A DNA stretch of 59,685 bases from Alphaproteobacteria bacterium UBA6149 (GTDB lineage Bacteria > Pseudomonadota > Alphaproteobacteria > Rickettsiales > UBA998), in NCBI GenBank assembly GCA_002423155.1, contig DIUV01000012.1, positions 1-59,685 of the forward strand, given 5' to 3'. The position numbers and the translations under genes are program-made. A model generated the notes under the pieces. That model had not been told where the DNA came from. It was given only the letters and a program-made list of their open reading frames with translations, and searched no databases. Positions 50,406 to 59,685 of this stretch are shown here, one piece after another (position 1 is the first letter of the stretch; every line of letters begins with the position of its first letter).

Positions 50406-50487
50406 AATTTTACACTTCGGGTTTTTTATAATAGCATTTGCAATTATTCCCTTTTAGCAATTATTGCAATATATGTTTTTCTTTTGC

Positions 50488-50680
50488 ATGGCTATTTCAC
50501 CAATCGTTAGTTTCGTCTTTTTTCACTAAAATATCTCTTGTCATACCGCCGTAGGGCGGTATCCATGCCCATCAACTAGCATATAAGCCAATGGTTTGGC
50601 ATGGATGCCGCTCTACAGCGGCATGACGACGGAGAGTTTTATTACAAAAAGACGAAATTAACGATTGGTGAAATCACCCT
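50488..50680. repeat. Family 2 nested palindromic element (copy 2, inverted relative to 8824)
   Basis: ATTTCACCAATCGTTA TIR; inner GTCATACCGCC..GGCGGTATCCA / TGGATGCCGC..GCGGCATGAC; spacer is the approximate reverse complement of copy 1. Confidence 0.8.
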
Positions 50681-50782
50681 ATTCATTTGCCTTTAATATT
50701 GAAGTGCTAATATTTTTTATCCTTGCTCCATATCTAAATTTAAGTATAAAAAACCTAATTATAATAATTAAGAAGATAAATA

Positions 50783-51340
50783 ATGAGCATAATGCCCGAC
50801 CATTGGATTCGCAAAATGGCGAATAATGAACAAATGATTGAACCATTTGTCGAAGAACTTTCTCGAGAAGGGGTGATTTCTTATGGAGTTTCTTCTTATG
50901 GTTATGATGCACGCGTATCAGATGAATTCAAGATTTTTACCAATGTAGATTCAGCAATTGTGGATCCCAAAGCTTTTCCAGACACAGGATTTGTTGACCG
51001 CAAAACCCCCGTATGCACCATTCCGCCCAATAGTTTTGTTCTGGCACGCACAGTAGAATATTTCCGCATCCCCAAAGATGTATTGGTTATTTGTGTAGGA
51101 AAATCAACCTATGCACGTTGTGGCATTATTGTCAATGTTACGCCCTTAGAACCGGGATGGGAAGGACATGTAACTTTAGAGTTTTCTAACACCACCCCTC
51201 TACCTGCAAGAATTTATGCTTTTGAGGGAGCTTGTCAGTTTTTATTTTTCAAAGGTGATTCCCCCTGCGAAGTCGCTTATAGCGACCGCAAGGGTAAATA
51301 TATGAATCAAACAGGAGTAGTGCTACCCCGTATTGATTAG
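50783..51340 (+). CDS. dcd: dCTP deaminase
   Basis: [34 protein letters not shown]. Confidence 0.95.
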   Translation: MSIMPDHWIRKMANNEQMIEPFVEELSREGVISYGVSSYGYDARVSDEFKIFTNVDSAIVDPKAFPDTGFVDRKTPVCTIPPNSFVLARTVEYFRIPKDVLVICVGKSTYARCGIIVNVTPLEPGWEGHVTLEFSNTTPLPARIYAFEGACQFLFFKGDSPCEVAYSDRKGKYMNQTGVVLPRID

Positions 51341-51366
51341 TTGGGGCATTGATTAGCCGAAATTGA

Positions 51367-52104
51367 TTAATTACCCTTGGCTATAAATCCAGGATTTAAA
51401 AAATTGGGCTTGGCATAATCAAAGACGCTGCCGTCAATTTTCGTTAAACTTCCACCTGCTGCCAACAATATTGCATGACCTGCGGCGGTATCCCATTCCA
51501 TAGTTGGACCTAAGCGTGGATATATATCCGCGCTACCTTCTGCCACTTTACAGAATTTCAAAGAGCTAGAGGCAGAAACCGCCACATAATCAGGATAATC
51601 TTTTAATATATAATTCAACTCCCCCTCTGCATGACGCTGACTGAGAATAATTTTTGCTGGGTGCGATATTGTTTGCTTGGTTTGTATCGGATTTTCTCCA
51701 CAAAGAGCACCAAAACCAACTGCGCCCGTATATAATTCATTAGTGGCTGGCAAGAATATCACGCCCAATTGCGGGACTCCTCGGACAATCAGCCCAATAT
51801 TAACCGTAAAGTCATTATCTCCTCTGATAAAAGCGCGTGTGCCATCAAGCGGATCCACCAACCAAAATTCATCCCCTAATTGCCGAGAATCAGGCAGATT
51901 TCCCTCTTCAGAAACCACGGGAATATCTGGGAAATTTGCCAACAAAGCGGCGACAATCAGCGCATTTGCCTCCTCATCCGCCGCGGTTACTGGCGAATTA
52001 TCCGCCTTTTTAACCACCGATATACCGCCCAAATCACGATGGCGCATAATAGCAGCACCTGCGGCAATAGAAATTTCTGATAATAATTTTAATTTTTTGT
52101 GCAT
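51367..52104 (-). CDS. cysQ: 3'(2'),5'-bisphosphate nucleotidase CysQ
   Basis: SPVTAAD, SEE, WLVDPLDGT, SSLKFC, PTMEWDTAAG. Confidence 0.92.
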   Translation of the reverse strand: MHKKLKLLSEISIAAGAAIMRHRDLGGISVVKKADNSPVTAADEEANALIVAALLANFPDIPVVSEEGNLPDSRQLGDEFWLVDPLDGTRAFIRGDNDFTVNIGLIVRGVPQLGVIFLPATNELYTGAVGFGALCGENPIQTKQTISHPAKIILSQRHAEGELNYILKDYPDYVAVSASSSLKFCKVAEGSADIYPRLGPTMEWDTAAGHAILLAAGGSLTKIDGSVFDYAKPNFLNPGFIAKGN

Positions 52105-52142
52105 GAAAAATATTTAGAACTTTTTGTGCTTGAAGCAATATA

Positions 52143-52357
52143 CCACACTACAACGCTATATATTGAAATATAACAAAAGAGGACATATTCTCCGCCGTCA
52201 TTCCCGTGCAGACGGGAATCTCTGTCGCCAATAATTAATCACTCGCAAGTGGAAAAAGGGATTCCCGTCTGCACGGGAATGACGATGGAGAATGTGACTT
52301 CAACAAAAGATGCTTTTCTTTCAATAAATTTGCAATATTAACAATAATTCAGTGTAG
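52143..52357. repeat. Family 3 REP-type palindromic element
   Basis: GTCATTCCCGTGCAGACGGGAATC / GATTCCCGTCTGCACGGGAATGAC; bracketed by a 20-bp direct repeat at 52112-52131 and 52370-52389. Confidence 0.75.
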
Positions 52358-52469
52358 CCTAGCCTAGCAATTTAGAACTTTTTGTGCTTAGCACAAGCAA
52401 ATTGTTTTGACCGTAAGGCGATAGCGTTCTATGTGAGAAGCCAGATAGAACATCTTTTGGGGACTATAA

Positions 52470-55400
52470 ATGTTGGATAATTATCAAAAATTATTTGAAG
52501 AAAAAATCACTGCCATACTTGCTAAAACAAATAATGCGGCAAGCACACCTTCTATCAGCCTGTTTACAAAGCAGTTTTACAACAAACTGCCGATTGCGGA
52601 CTTAAAAAAGATAGATAATCATCTCGCTGGGCAAATTGCCCTTTCTGCGTATGATTTTTTGCAAACGCGCACCCCCAATGAACCAAAAATTCGGGTGTTT
52701 AATCTACCCTCATCCTCTGAAAATTCGGCACGTGGGCTAACGATTATTGAAATAATCAATAATGACATGGCGTTTTTAGTTGATTCTATTTCCGCCACCT
52801 TAGTGCAGCAAGGTTTCACTATTTTAGAGACTATTCATCCCATTCTTCGCCTTAAGCGTGATAAATTAGGCAAATTAGAGCATCTAAGTGAAGATGCCAA
52901 CGAAACTTACCAAGAAGAATCCTTTATTCATCTACAAATTTCTCCTTTACCTGCCAATATCTCTGCTGAACAATTAGTAGAGAAACTGCAATTCACCCTT
53001 AAAAATGTCTATGCTTGTGTGCATGATTGGCAAGATTTAATGACCAAGGCAAATCAGGTTCGCCAAGAAATTGCGAGCATAAAGCAAGGGTTTGAACCAG
53101 CAGAAATCAATGAAGTGGCAGACTTCATGGGTTGGTTAATTGATAAAAACTTCGTTTTCTTAGGCTATATTGAATATGATTTCTTTGATAAAGATGGCAA
53201 AGAGAACTTAAGCATCGTAGAGAATTCCGCGAGCGGAATATTCAAAATAGAAGGCAATGGGCTAAAACAACGGGGCTTAGCCGCCCTGCCCGTAGAATTA
53301 CAACGTTTTGCAACGGAGCCTAATCTGATTGAAATTACCAAAGCATTGGTAAAATCTCCCGTTCATCGCATGGTGCCCATGGATTATATTGGCATTAAAC
53401 GTTTTGACAAAACAGGCAAAGTAATTGGTGAAAGCCGCTTTTTGGGGCTATTCACTTCGGTAGTATATTATCAAGGCGCCGATTCAATTCCCTTTATCCG
53501 CCGCAAAATCGCCCGCATCTTAGAACGCTCAGGATATGAATTAGCCAGCCATAGCGGAAAATCTCTCCGCGCCATTTTAGAATTTTTCCCTCGCGATGAA
53601 TTATTCCAAATATCCGAAGATGATTTATTTGATATATCCATTGGGGTAATGTCTTTAGAAGCAAAGCCAGAAATAAAAGTTTTTGCTCGCAAAGATCGTT
53701 ATGAGCGTTTTGTAAGCATATTTGTTTATATGCCGCGTGATCGTTTCAGCACCTTTGTGCGTGAACAAGTAATCAAGCTACTAGAAGAAGCTTATGAAGG
53801 CGCGATTTCTGATTTTTATACCCAATTGACAGATTCTCCCTTGGCGCGTTTGCAAGTTATTTTGCGCACCACTCCTAATCAGGTTGCCAACCCAGATTTA
53901 GAGCTCCTTTCCGACAAAATCACCGGATTAGTCCATTTTTGGGATGATTCTTTGCGCGAAGAATTAGGCAAAAACAAAGGCGAAGCGCAAGCGGAAGAAT
54001 TAATGCGCATTTTCCAAAATGCTTTTCCTAAGACTTATGTAAATTTCTATACTGCACCAGCCGCCGCACAAGACATTGAAAACATTTTAGAAACTATTGA
54101 TAGCCAACAACCATCGGTGTACTTGGAAGCTGGCGAAGCTAATAATTTCCATTTAAAAATAGCTACCACCGAGCAAAACACTGCTTTGTCGGATATGTTG
54201 CCGATTTTAGAAAATCTCGGTTGCCGCGTTTTAGATGTAAATCCCTTCACCATCACGCCCAATAATTGCCAACCCGTAATATTGCGCGACTTCACCTTAG
54301 CACTGCGCACAGGCGAAAAATTAGATATTGCCGCTTGCGCCGAGAATTTCCAGATAGCTTTGAAAAAAATCTGGTGCAAGCAAGTAGAAAATGATGGCTA
54401 TAACACACTAATTTTACGCGCCGGGCTAACTTGGCGCCAAGCAATGTTGTTGCGAGCTTATGGTAAATACATCAAACAAGTGGGCCTGCCCTATAACGAG
54501 GCTTATGTTGCGGCAGCACTAGAAGCACACCCCCAAATTGCGCATTTATTGGTAAAATTATTCGAAACGCGTTTTTCCATCAGCGAGAATGCTCAACGGG
54601 CAGAATTAGAAAAAGCTATCTTGAGCGAAATTGATACGGCTTTAGCTCGAGTAAGCAATCTAGCGGAAGACCGTATCTTGCGCCAATTCTCCGCCACGAT
54701 TATGGCGAGTTTACGCAGTAATTACTTCCAAACCGACGCGGACAATCAGCCCAAAACGTACTTGTCGATTAAATTAGACTCACAAAAAGTGCCGGAGCTA
54801 CCTTTGCCGCGCCCATTATACGAAATTTTCGTTTATTCCATCCGCACCGAAGGCATTCACTTACGCGGCGGCACGGTGGCGCGTGGAGGATTACGCTGGT
54901 CCGATCGCAACGAAGATTTCCGTACCGAAGTTTTAGGCTTGATGAAAGCGCAGATGGTAAAAAATTCGGTGATTGTTCCCGTGGGTTCCAAAGGTGGTTT
55001 TGTACTCAAACAAGCCACCAACAGCCGCGAAGCCCTCATGGAAGAAGGCATTTTTTGTTATAAACAATATCTCGCTGGTTTATTAGATATTACCGATAAT
55101 ATCATCGCCGGAAAAATTGTTCCCCCAGCCCAAGTGGTGCGCCATGATAATGACGATCCCTATCTGGTAGTCGCCGCCGACAAAGGCACGGCGAGTTTCT
55201 CCGACATTGCTAATTCTGTGTCCATAGAATACGGCTTTTGGCTGGGAGATGCCTTCGCCTCTGGCGGTTCTGCGGGTTATGACCATAAAAAAATGGCGAT
55301 TACCGCACGGGGCGCTTGGGTCTCCGTCGCGCGGCATTTTCGCGAAATGGGTATTGATATTCAAACGCAAGATTTCACCGTGGCAGGCATTGGCGATATG

Positions 55401-57266
55401 TCGGGCGATGTGTTTGGTAACGGCATGTTACTCTCGCGGCATATTCGCTTAGTGGCGGCCTTTAACCACCGACATATTTTCTTTGACCCGAAACCTGAAG
55501 CAGAAAAATCTTTTATTGAGCGCGAGCGTTTGTTTAACTTACCCCGTTCAGGCTGGGATGATTATGACCAAACACTAATTTCTGCTGGCGGTGGCATCTT
55601 TGACCGCAGCGCGAAAACCATTAAGTTAAGCCCCGAAATTCAAGCCATACTGGGCACGAATGAAAAAACTCTCTCGCCTGACCAATGCATCAATCTTATC
55701 CTCAAAGCCCCAGTAGATTTACTGTGGAATGGTGGAATTGGCACTTATGTGAAAGCCGCAGATGAATCGCATGAAAGTGTGGGGGACCGTACCAATAATA
55801 ATTTGCGCATCAATGCCGACGAACTACGCTGCAAAGTAATTGGTGAAGGCGGAAACCTTGGATTTACCCAAAAAGGACGCATTGCTTATGCCAAAAATGC
55901 TGGGCGCATCAATACCGACTTTATTGATAATTCCGCGGGCGTAGATTGCTCCGACCATGAAGTAAACATCAAAATCGCCCTGAGCGCCTCTGAAAGCGCA
56001 GGCACCTTAACTCGGGAAAACCGCGATATATTACTAGCATCCATGACCGATGATGTGGCGCATTTAGTGCTGCGTGACAATGTCTTGCAAAGCCAAGCCA
56101 TCACCATCGCCCAGCGCCAAGGCTATGATTTACTGGAATCACAAACCCAGCTAATGCGTTCTTTGGAGCAAGAACATCTGCTCCATCGAGGCATTGAGTT
56201 CTTGCCGACTGATAAAGAAATCGCCGTGCGTGCCAGCGAGCATGAGGGCTTAACCCGTCCAGAATTGGCGGTGTTGCTTTCTTACACCAAAATTTCCGTA
56301 TATAATAACCTGCTCGCTTCTGAATTACCCGATGCGCCTTATTATGAACAGGAATTACTTGATTATTTCCCGCAGGCCATGCGCCAGAATTATGGCGAGG
56401 AAATTCGCGCGCATCGTCTGCGCCGCGAAATTATCGCCACGATAATTACCAATAATCTGGTTAATTATGCCGGGCTAACCTTCTTCCACTCGGCATTAAC
56501 CGAAACCGGGCGTTTAGGCTGTGATATTGCCCGTGCTTATACTTTGGCACGTGATGTATTCGGCTTAAAAAACCTCTGGGCAGGAGTGGAAGCGCAAGAC
56601 GGAAAAGTAGCAGTAAATGTGCAAGTGGAAATGTTTAAAGAAATTTCCAAATTCTTAGAACGTGCCGCTTTCTGGTTCTTACATAATTGCCCTCAACCGC
56701 TAGATATTAGCCAAGTAATGCAAAATTACGCTGAAGGAATTGCCGAATATAACCAAAATTTCCACGAGATGATAACCGATGGGATTAAACGCAGTTTCAG
56801 CAATAAAGAAAATTCTTTAGTCAGTAATGGCGTCCCCAAAGAATTAGCGGCAAACATCGCCCAGTTAGATTTATTAGCCGCCGCTTTAGATATCGTCCAA
56901 GTTGCTAAAGAAGCAAAACTATCGGTACAAATCGTAGGCAAAATCTATTACCGGATTGGCAAAATACTACAATTAGGCTGGATGCGCCGCGCCTGTTCTG
57001 CCATCCATGCGGAAGATCATTGGGCACATCAAGCGATTAAAGCTTTGGCAAATGAGCTCTATGACGAACAACGCCGCCTAACTCAAGCGGCAATCAATCA
57101 TATCGCTCATGATAAAGATTATGATAATATCGCCCATAATTGGCAAAAAGCTAACGCCCAGCCCGTAGAACGCTTCCGCAAATTAGTAGGTGAATTAAAA
57201 GCAGTTTCTGGGCATGATATTTCCATGCTGGTAGTGGCGTTACGGCATTTACGCGGAATTGGTTGA
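52470..57266 (+). CDS. gdhB: Large NAD-specific glutamate dehydrogenase
   Basis: DMAFLVDS, EGIHLRGG.VARGGLRWSDR, VIVPVGSKGGF, YLVVAADKGTA, GIGDMSGDVFGNG, DNSAGVDCSDHEVNIKI. Confidence 0.95.
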   Translation: MLDNYQKLFEEKITAILAKTNNAASTPSISLFTKQFYNKLPIADLKKIDNHLAGQIALSAYDFLQTRTPNEPKIRVFNLPSSSENSARGLTIIEIINNDMAFLVDSISATLVQQGFTILETIHPILRLKRDKLGKLEHLSEDANETYQEESFIHLQISPLPANISAEQLVEKLQFTLKNVYACVHDWQDLMTKANQVRQEIASIKQGFEPAEINEVADFMGWLIDKNFVFLGYIEYDFFDKDGKENLSIVENSASGIFKIEGNGLKQRGLAALPVELQRFATEPNLIEITKALVKSPVHRMVPMDYIGIKRFDKTGKVIGESRFLGLFTSVVYYQGADSIPFIRRKIARILERSGYELASHSGKSLRAILEFFPRDELFQISEDDLFDISIGVMSLEAKPEIKVFARKDRYERFVSIFVYMPRDRFSTFVREQVIKLLEEAYEGAISDFYTQLTDSPLARLQVILRTTPNQVANPDLELLSDKITGLVHFWDDSLREELGKNKGEAQAEELMRIFQNAFPKTYVNFYTAPAAAQDIENILETIDSQQPSVYLEAGEANNFHLKIATTEQNTALSDMLPILENLGCRVLDVNPFTITPNNCQPVILRDFTLALRTGEKLDIAACAENFQIALKKIWCKQVENDGYNTLILRAGLTWRQAMLLRAYGKYIKQVGLPYNEAYVAAALEAHPQIAHLLVKLFETRFSISENAQRAELEKAILSEIDTALARVSNLAEDRILRQFSATIMASLRSNYFQTDADNQPKTYLSIKLDSQKVPELPLPRPLYEIFVYSIRTEGIHLRGGTVARGGLRWSDRNEDFRTEVLGLMKAQMVKNSVIVPVGSKGGFVLKQATNSREALMEEGIFCYKQYLAGLLDITDNIIAGKIVPPAQVVRHDNDDPYLVVAADKGTASFSDIANSVSIEYGFWLGDAFASGGSAGYDHKKMAITARGAWVSVARHFREMGIDIQTQDFTVAGIGDMSGDVFGNGMLLSRHIRLVAAFNHRHIFFDPKPEAEKSFIERERLFNLPRSGWDDYDQTLISAGGGIFDRSAKTIKLSPEIQAILGTNEKTLSPDQCINLILKAPVDLLWNGGIGTYVKAADESHESVGDRTNNNLRINADELRCKVIGEGGNLGFTQKGRIAYAKNAGRINTDFIDNSAGVDCSDHEVNIKIALSASESAGTLTRENRDILLASMTDDVAHLVLRDNVLQSQAITIAQRQGYDLLESQTQLMRSLEQEHLLHRGIEFLPTDKEIAVRASEHEGLTRPELAVLLSYTKISVYNNLLASELPDAPYYEQELLDYFPQAMRQNYGEEIRAHRLRREIIATIITNNLVNYAGLTFFHSALTETGRLGCDIARAYTLARDVFGLKNLWAGVEAQDGKVAVNVQVEMFKEISKFLERAAFWFLHNCPQPLDISQVMQNYAEGIAEYNQNFHEMITDGIKRSFSNKENSLVSNGVPKELAANIAQLDLLAAALDIVQVAKEAKLSVQIVGKIYYRIGKILQLGWMRRACSAIHAEDHWAHQAIKALANELYDEQRRLTQAAINHIAHDKDYDNIAHNWQKANAQPVERFRKLVGELKAVSGHDISMLVVALRHLRGIG

Positions 57267-57275
57267 GAGAAAGAT

Positions 57276-57710
57276 ATGGACAAAAAACCGACAAAAGAAA
57301 CCCCTCGCTGGAAATATCGCTTTGATAATTACCGCCGTGCGTTTTCTTTGCTGCGTGAGGCAATAGAACTAAAACAAGAACGCGAATTAACCCAACTAGA
57401 ACAAGAAGGTATTATCCAACGTTTTGAATATACTTGGGAGCTCGCATGGAAATTGCTCAAAGATTATCTTGAATATAACGGCATAAATCTGGCAACCATT
57501 ACCCCCAGCGCTACGATTAAAGCTGCTTTTGCCGCAAAAATCATTGCTAATGGTGAAGGTTGGATGCAGGCTTTAGATGCACGCAATAAAATGTCACATA
57601 CTTATGATTTTAAAGTTTTTTCACAGATAATTACTGATATTGAACAAAATTATCTGCATTTATTTGACCAATTATACATGAAGTTACTGGATAAATTATT
57701 GGAGGTATGA
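57276..57710 (+). CDS. HI0074-like HEPN protein (putative toxin)
   Basis: GIIQRFEYTWELAWK, RNKMSHTY (RxxxxH). Confidence 0.87.
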   Translation: MDKKPTKETPRWKYRFDNYRRAFSLLREAIELKQERELTQLEQEGIIQRFEYTWELAWKLLKDYLEYNGINLATITPSATIKAAFAAKIIANGEGWMQALDARNKMSHTYDFKVFSQIITDIEQNYLHLFDQLYMKLLDKLLEV

Positions 57711-57711
57711 C

Positions 57712-58014
57712 ATGTCGCAACATGGCTTAACTACCAGCCAACTGGAAATCATCGGCAAGATACTAAAACCATACGCAGACAAAATAGAAAAAGTCGGCTT
57801 TTTTGGTTCACGAGCTACGGGGAGATACACTCCCAGCTCCGACATTGATTTAGTGCTTTATGGCGATTTAGACACGAAAACCATCGACCATCTATGGACG
57901 CTTTTCGATGAAAGCAGCCTACCCTTCAAAGTAGATGTGCTCGCCTACCAATTAATCAACCATAAAGCTCTTAAACAACATATAGATGAAGTGCTATTAC
58001 CCATTAAGTTCTAA
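57712..58014 (+). CDS. Minimal nucleotidyltransferase (MNT, putative antitoxin)
   Basis: FGSRATG....SDIDL (GSx10DxD), LPFKVD; paired with the HEPN gene. Confidence 0.87.
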   Translation: MSQHGLTTSQLEIIGKILKPYADKIEKVGFFGSRATGRYTPSSDIDLVLYGDLDTKTIDHLWTLFDESSLPFKVDVLAYQLINHKALKQHIDEVLLPIKF

Positions 58015-58772
58015 AACCGAAATTCATACTCCAACTGCAACACCGCATCGCCATTACTCGCTGCCTTAGAAGCACCGAATAAATAACCTACGCGATATTT
58101 AAGCGCATCATTATCATTTGCCCAATGAAGCGGAATTTTACCATAAGCAGTGGGACCAATATAATGCTGCTGGTCGTCAAAATTACCTGCGTGTTTTAAT
58201 TCACCAAAATTACTGCTAATCTCAAATCCCGGCTCAAAATAAGGATTTAAATTATACCGGCTGCTCCATAATATGGCAGATTCCAGGCTGGCCTGAGCAT
58301 CCGCTCCCACTTCTTTTTCAAAATTCAAATTTAAAACATGAGAAGTCTTGGCAATATCTTTTGCCAATAACAAGCCCCACTCTAATTTATCGCTATGCCC
58401 ATTTTGGGGCGTATATTCATAGGCTAACGAAGCACCAACATCGAGCAAATACTCGCCGCGCTCCGTAAATTGAAAAATATTCTCCCATTCCCAAGCATCA
58501 AATTTATTGCTGGTGCCATAAGAATTTTTGAATTTACCATAAAATTCAGTGTGCCACCAATCATTCACCCCATAACCTAAGGCAAATTGATGTTTTTGCA
58601 AATTATTCTTGGCTGAGTCATTGTCATCGGTACGACTAGTGAAATATTCAACCTCCACCTCGCCCTTTTCCACATAAGGAGAATAAATTTTTTGCGCCGC
58701 TTGTGCGCCGTAATTCAATGCCACACTAAAAACCACAGCCGAAGCCGCTACACTTATTTTATTTTTCAACAT
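58011..58772 (-). CDS. Putative outer-membrane beta-barrel protein, metal-uptake associated
   Basis: Signal peptide (AQA), IYSPYVEKGEVEVEY start, alternating beta-strand pattern, C-terminal LEYEFRF. Confidence 0.65.
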   Translation of the reverse strand: MLKNKISVAASAVVFSVALNYGAQAAQKIYSPYVEKGEVEVEYFTSRTDDNDSAKNNLQKHQFALGYGVNDWWHTEFYGKFKNSYGTSNKFDAWEWENIFQFTERGEYLLDVGASLAYEYTPQNGHSDKLEWGLLLAKDIAKTSHVLNLNFEKEVGADAQASLESAILWSSRYNLNPYFEPGFEISSNFGELKHAGNFDDQQHYIGPTAYGKIPLHWANDNDALKYRVGYLFGASKAASNGDAVLQLEYEFRF

Positions 58773-58813
58773 TTTCTTATAACCAATATAAAGAATGAAC
58801 CCGATAATTTAAC

Positions 58814-59008
58814 CGCGGCGATTTCATCAATCGTTAATTTTAGCTTTTTTCCCCATTTTCTCCATTATCATGCAGCACGTAGAGCGGCATCCATGTTTAT
58901 CCTCTAGCTCTACAGACAATGGTTTGACATGGATACCGCCCTGCGGCGGTATGACAATGGATGGTTTTTCAATAAAACATAAAATTAACGCTTGATGAAA
59001 TCGCCGTG
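58814..59008. repeat. Family 2 nested palindromic element (copy 3)
   Basis: GGCGATTTCATCAATCGTTAATTTTA / TAAAATTAACGCTTGATGAAATCGCC TIR, with the same inner REP pair. Confidence 0.8.
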
Positions 59009-59030
59009 TAGTTTAGCCGTATTTTAAATC

Positions 59031-59357
59031 TTATTTAACGAGCAAAGTACCCTTCGTAGTATCTTGATGAAACTCATCAAAATAGCTGTATTTGCCCGCT
59101 TTTAGAGGTCCAACAAAGATAACCGCTTCGCTATTACCACCAATTATTTTTTCGCGCTTCAAATCATAACTTTCAAATTCTGCTGGTGTTGCATCTAAGT
59201 TTTTTACAATTAGTTTAACTTTCTTATCGACCGGAACCACTAATTCCTGCGGAGAAAATTGATTGTTTTTTAGAGTAAGAACATAATCTTCCGCATGAGC
59301 CATCGCCGCCCAATTTAACCCGAATAAACTAGTCAGAATAAAAACTGATTTTTTCAT
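59031..59357 (-). CDS. Periplasmic cupredoxin-domain protein (FtrB/EfeO-cupredoxin type)
   Basis: Signal peptide AHA; F.P.EL.VP, AEFES..L.REK, GPLKAGKY.YFDEFH; start ATG 59357 with AAAGGA RBS. Confidence 0.85.
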   Translation of the reverse strand: MKKSVFILTSLFGLNWAAMAHAEDYVLTLKNNQFSPQELVVPVDKKVKLIVKNLDATPAEFESYDLKREKIIGGNSEAVIFVGPLKAGKYSYFDEFHQDTTKGTLLVK

Positions 59358-59380
59358 AAACAATCCTTTTACACACAATA

Positions 59381-59428
59381 AATGCGAACAATTCGCAACA
59401 ACCCTGCTATTAATAATCGTTCGCAATT
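59381..59428. promoter_or_regulatory. Two Fur/Mur-like boxes upstream of the cupredoxin gene
   Basis: AATGCGAACAATTCGCAA (TGCGAA-N3-TTCGCA palindrome) at 59381-59398 and TAATAATCGTTCGCAATT at 59411-59428. Confidence 0.55.
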
Positions 59429-59483
59429 GCTTCGTCAACCATAAACATCAATTATCACACTACCCAACACTTTTTGTTTTTCT

Positions 59484-59685
59484 TCGTGCTCTCCATCGCC
59501 ATCCCCGCCCAACCTTTGTTTGAGAAAGAGTGGCGGGGATATCAGGTCTCAAATTCTGTCTTTTTTGTGTCCTAAGATCCCCGCACAAGGCGCACTACTG
59601 TCCAATTAAAATTAAAAAGGTTTATATTGTATATCTATCTGTATTAAAACAACTCTCCGTCGTCATCCCCGCCTTGCGCGGGGAT
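59484..59685. repeat. Interrupted or nested REP-type elements, truncated by the window end
   Basis: CTCTCCATCGCCATCCCCGCC...GGCGGGGAT, GATCCCCGCACAAGGCGC, then CTCTCCGTCGTCATCCCCGCCTTGCGCGGGGAT. Confidence 0.55.

Noticed and set aside
50679..50912. 77-aa minus-strand ORF
   Set aside because: Antisense to the dcd start and AT-rich promoter; no support.
57276..58014. HEPN-MNT pair (and ParDE at 616-1147) as novel systems
   Set aside because: Both are well-known, widespread TA families with canonical motifs.

Overview
Chromosomal window of an AT-rich alphaproteobacterium. It is probably Rickettsiales-related (inference from Rickettsia-palindromic-element-like repeats and gene styles), but it still has biosynthetic and free-living genes such as argD, thrC, an MCP, a phasin and a c-di-GMP PDE. 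Most of the window is housekeeping: argD (partial), ppx, rlmE, pccB, gltX, mreC-mreD-mrdA, the aa3 cytochrome c oxidase operon, tldD, thrC, an M16 peptidase, a type I secretion pair, dcd, cysQ and large NAD-GDH, plus tRNA-Arg(ACG) and two TA modules (ParDE, HEPN-MNT). The standout is an ~11 kb minus-strand cluster just 3' of the tRNA (12147-23458). It encodes a divergent PRPP synthetase, a nicotinate phosphoribosyltransferase, a small unknown protein, NMN deamidase PncC, a 1192-aa NadM-like adenylyltransferase fused to a glutamine-dependent NAD synthetase, and a Nudix hydrolase separated from the rest by an AT-rich gtr-type glycosylation cassette. Together these form a self-contained NAD-rebuilding module. 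Its enzymes are divergent and carry extra C-terminal tails that resemble secretion or degradation signals; I propose, as a hypothesis, an exported or regulated NAD-reconstitution system. Intergenic regions hold several families of modular, nested palindromic elements. All calls come from motif recognition by eye; no database searches were run.
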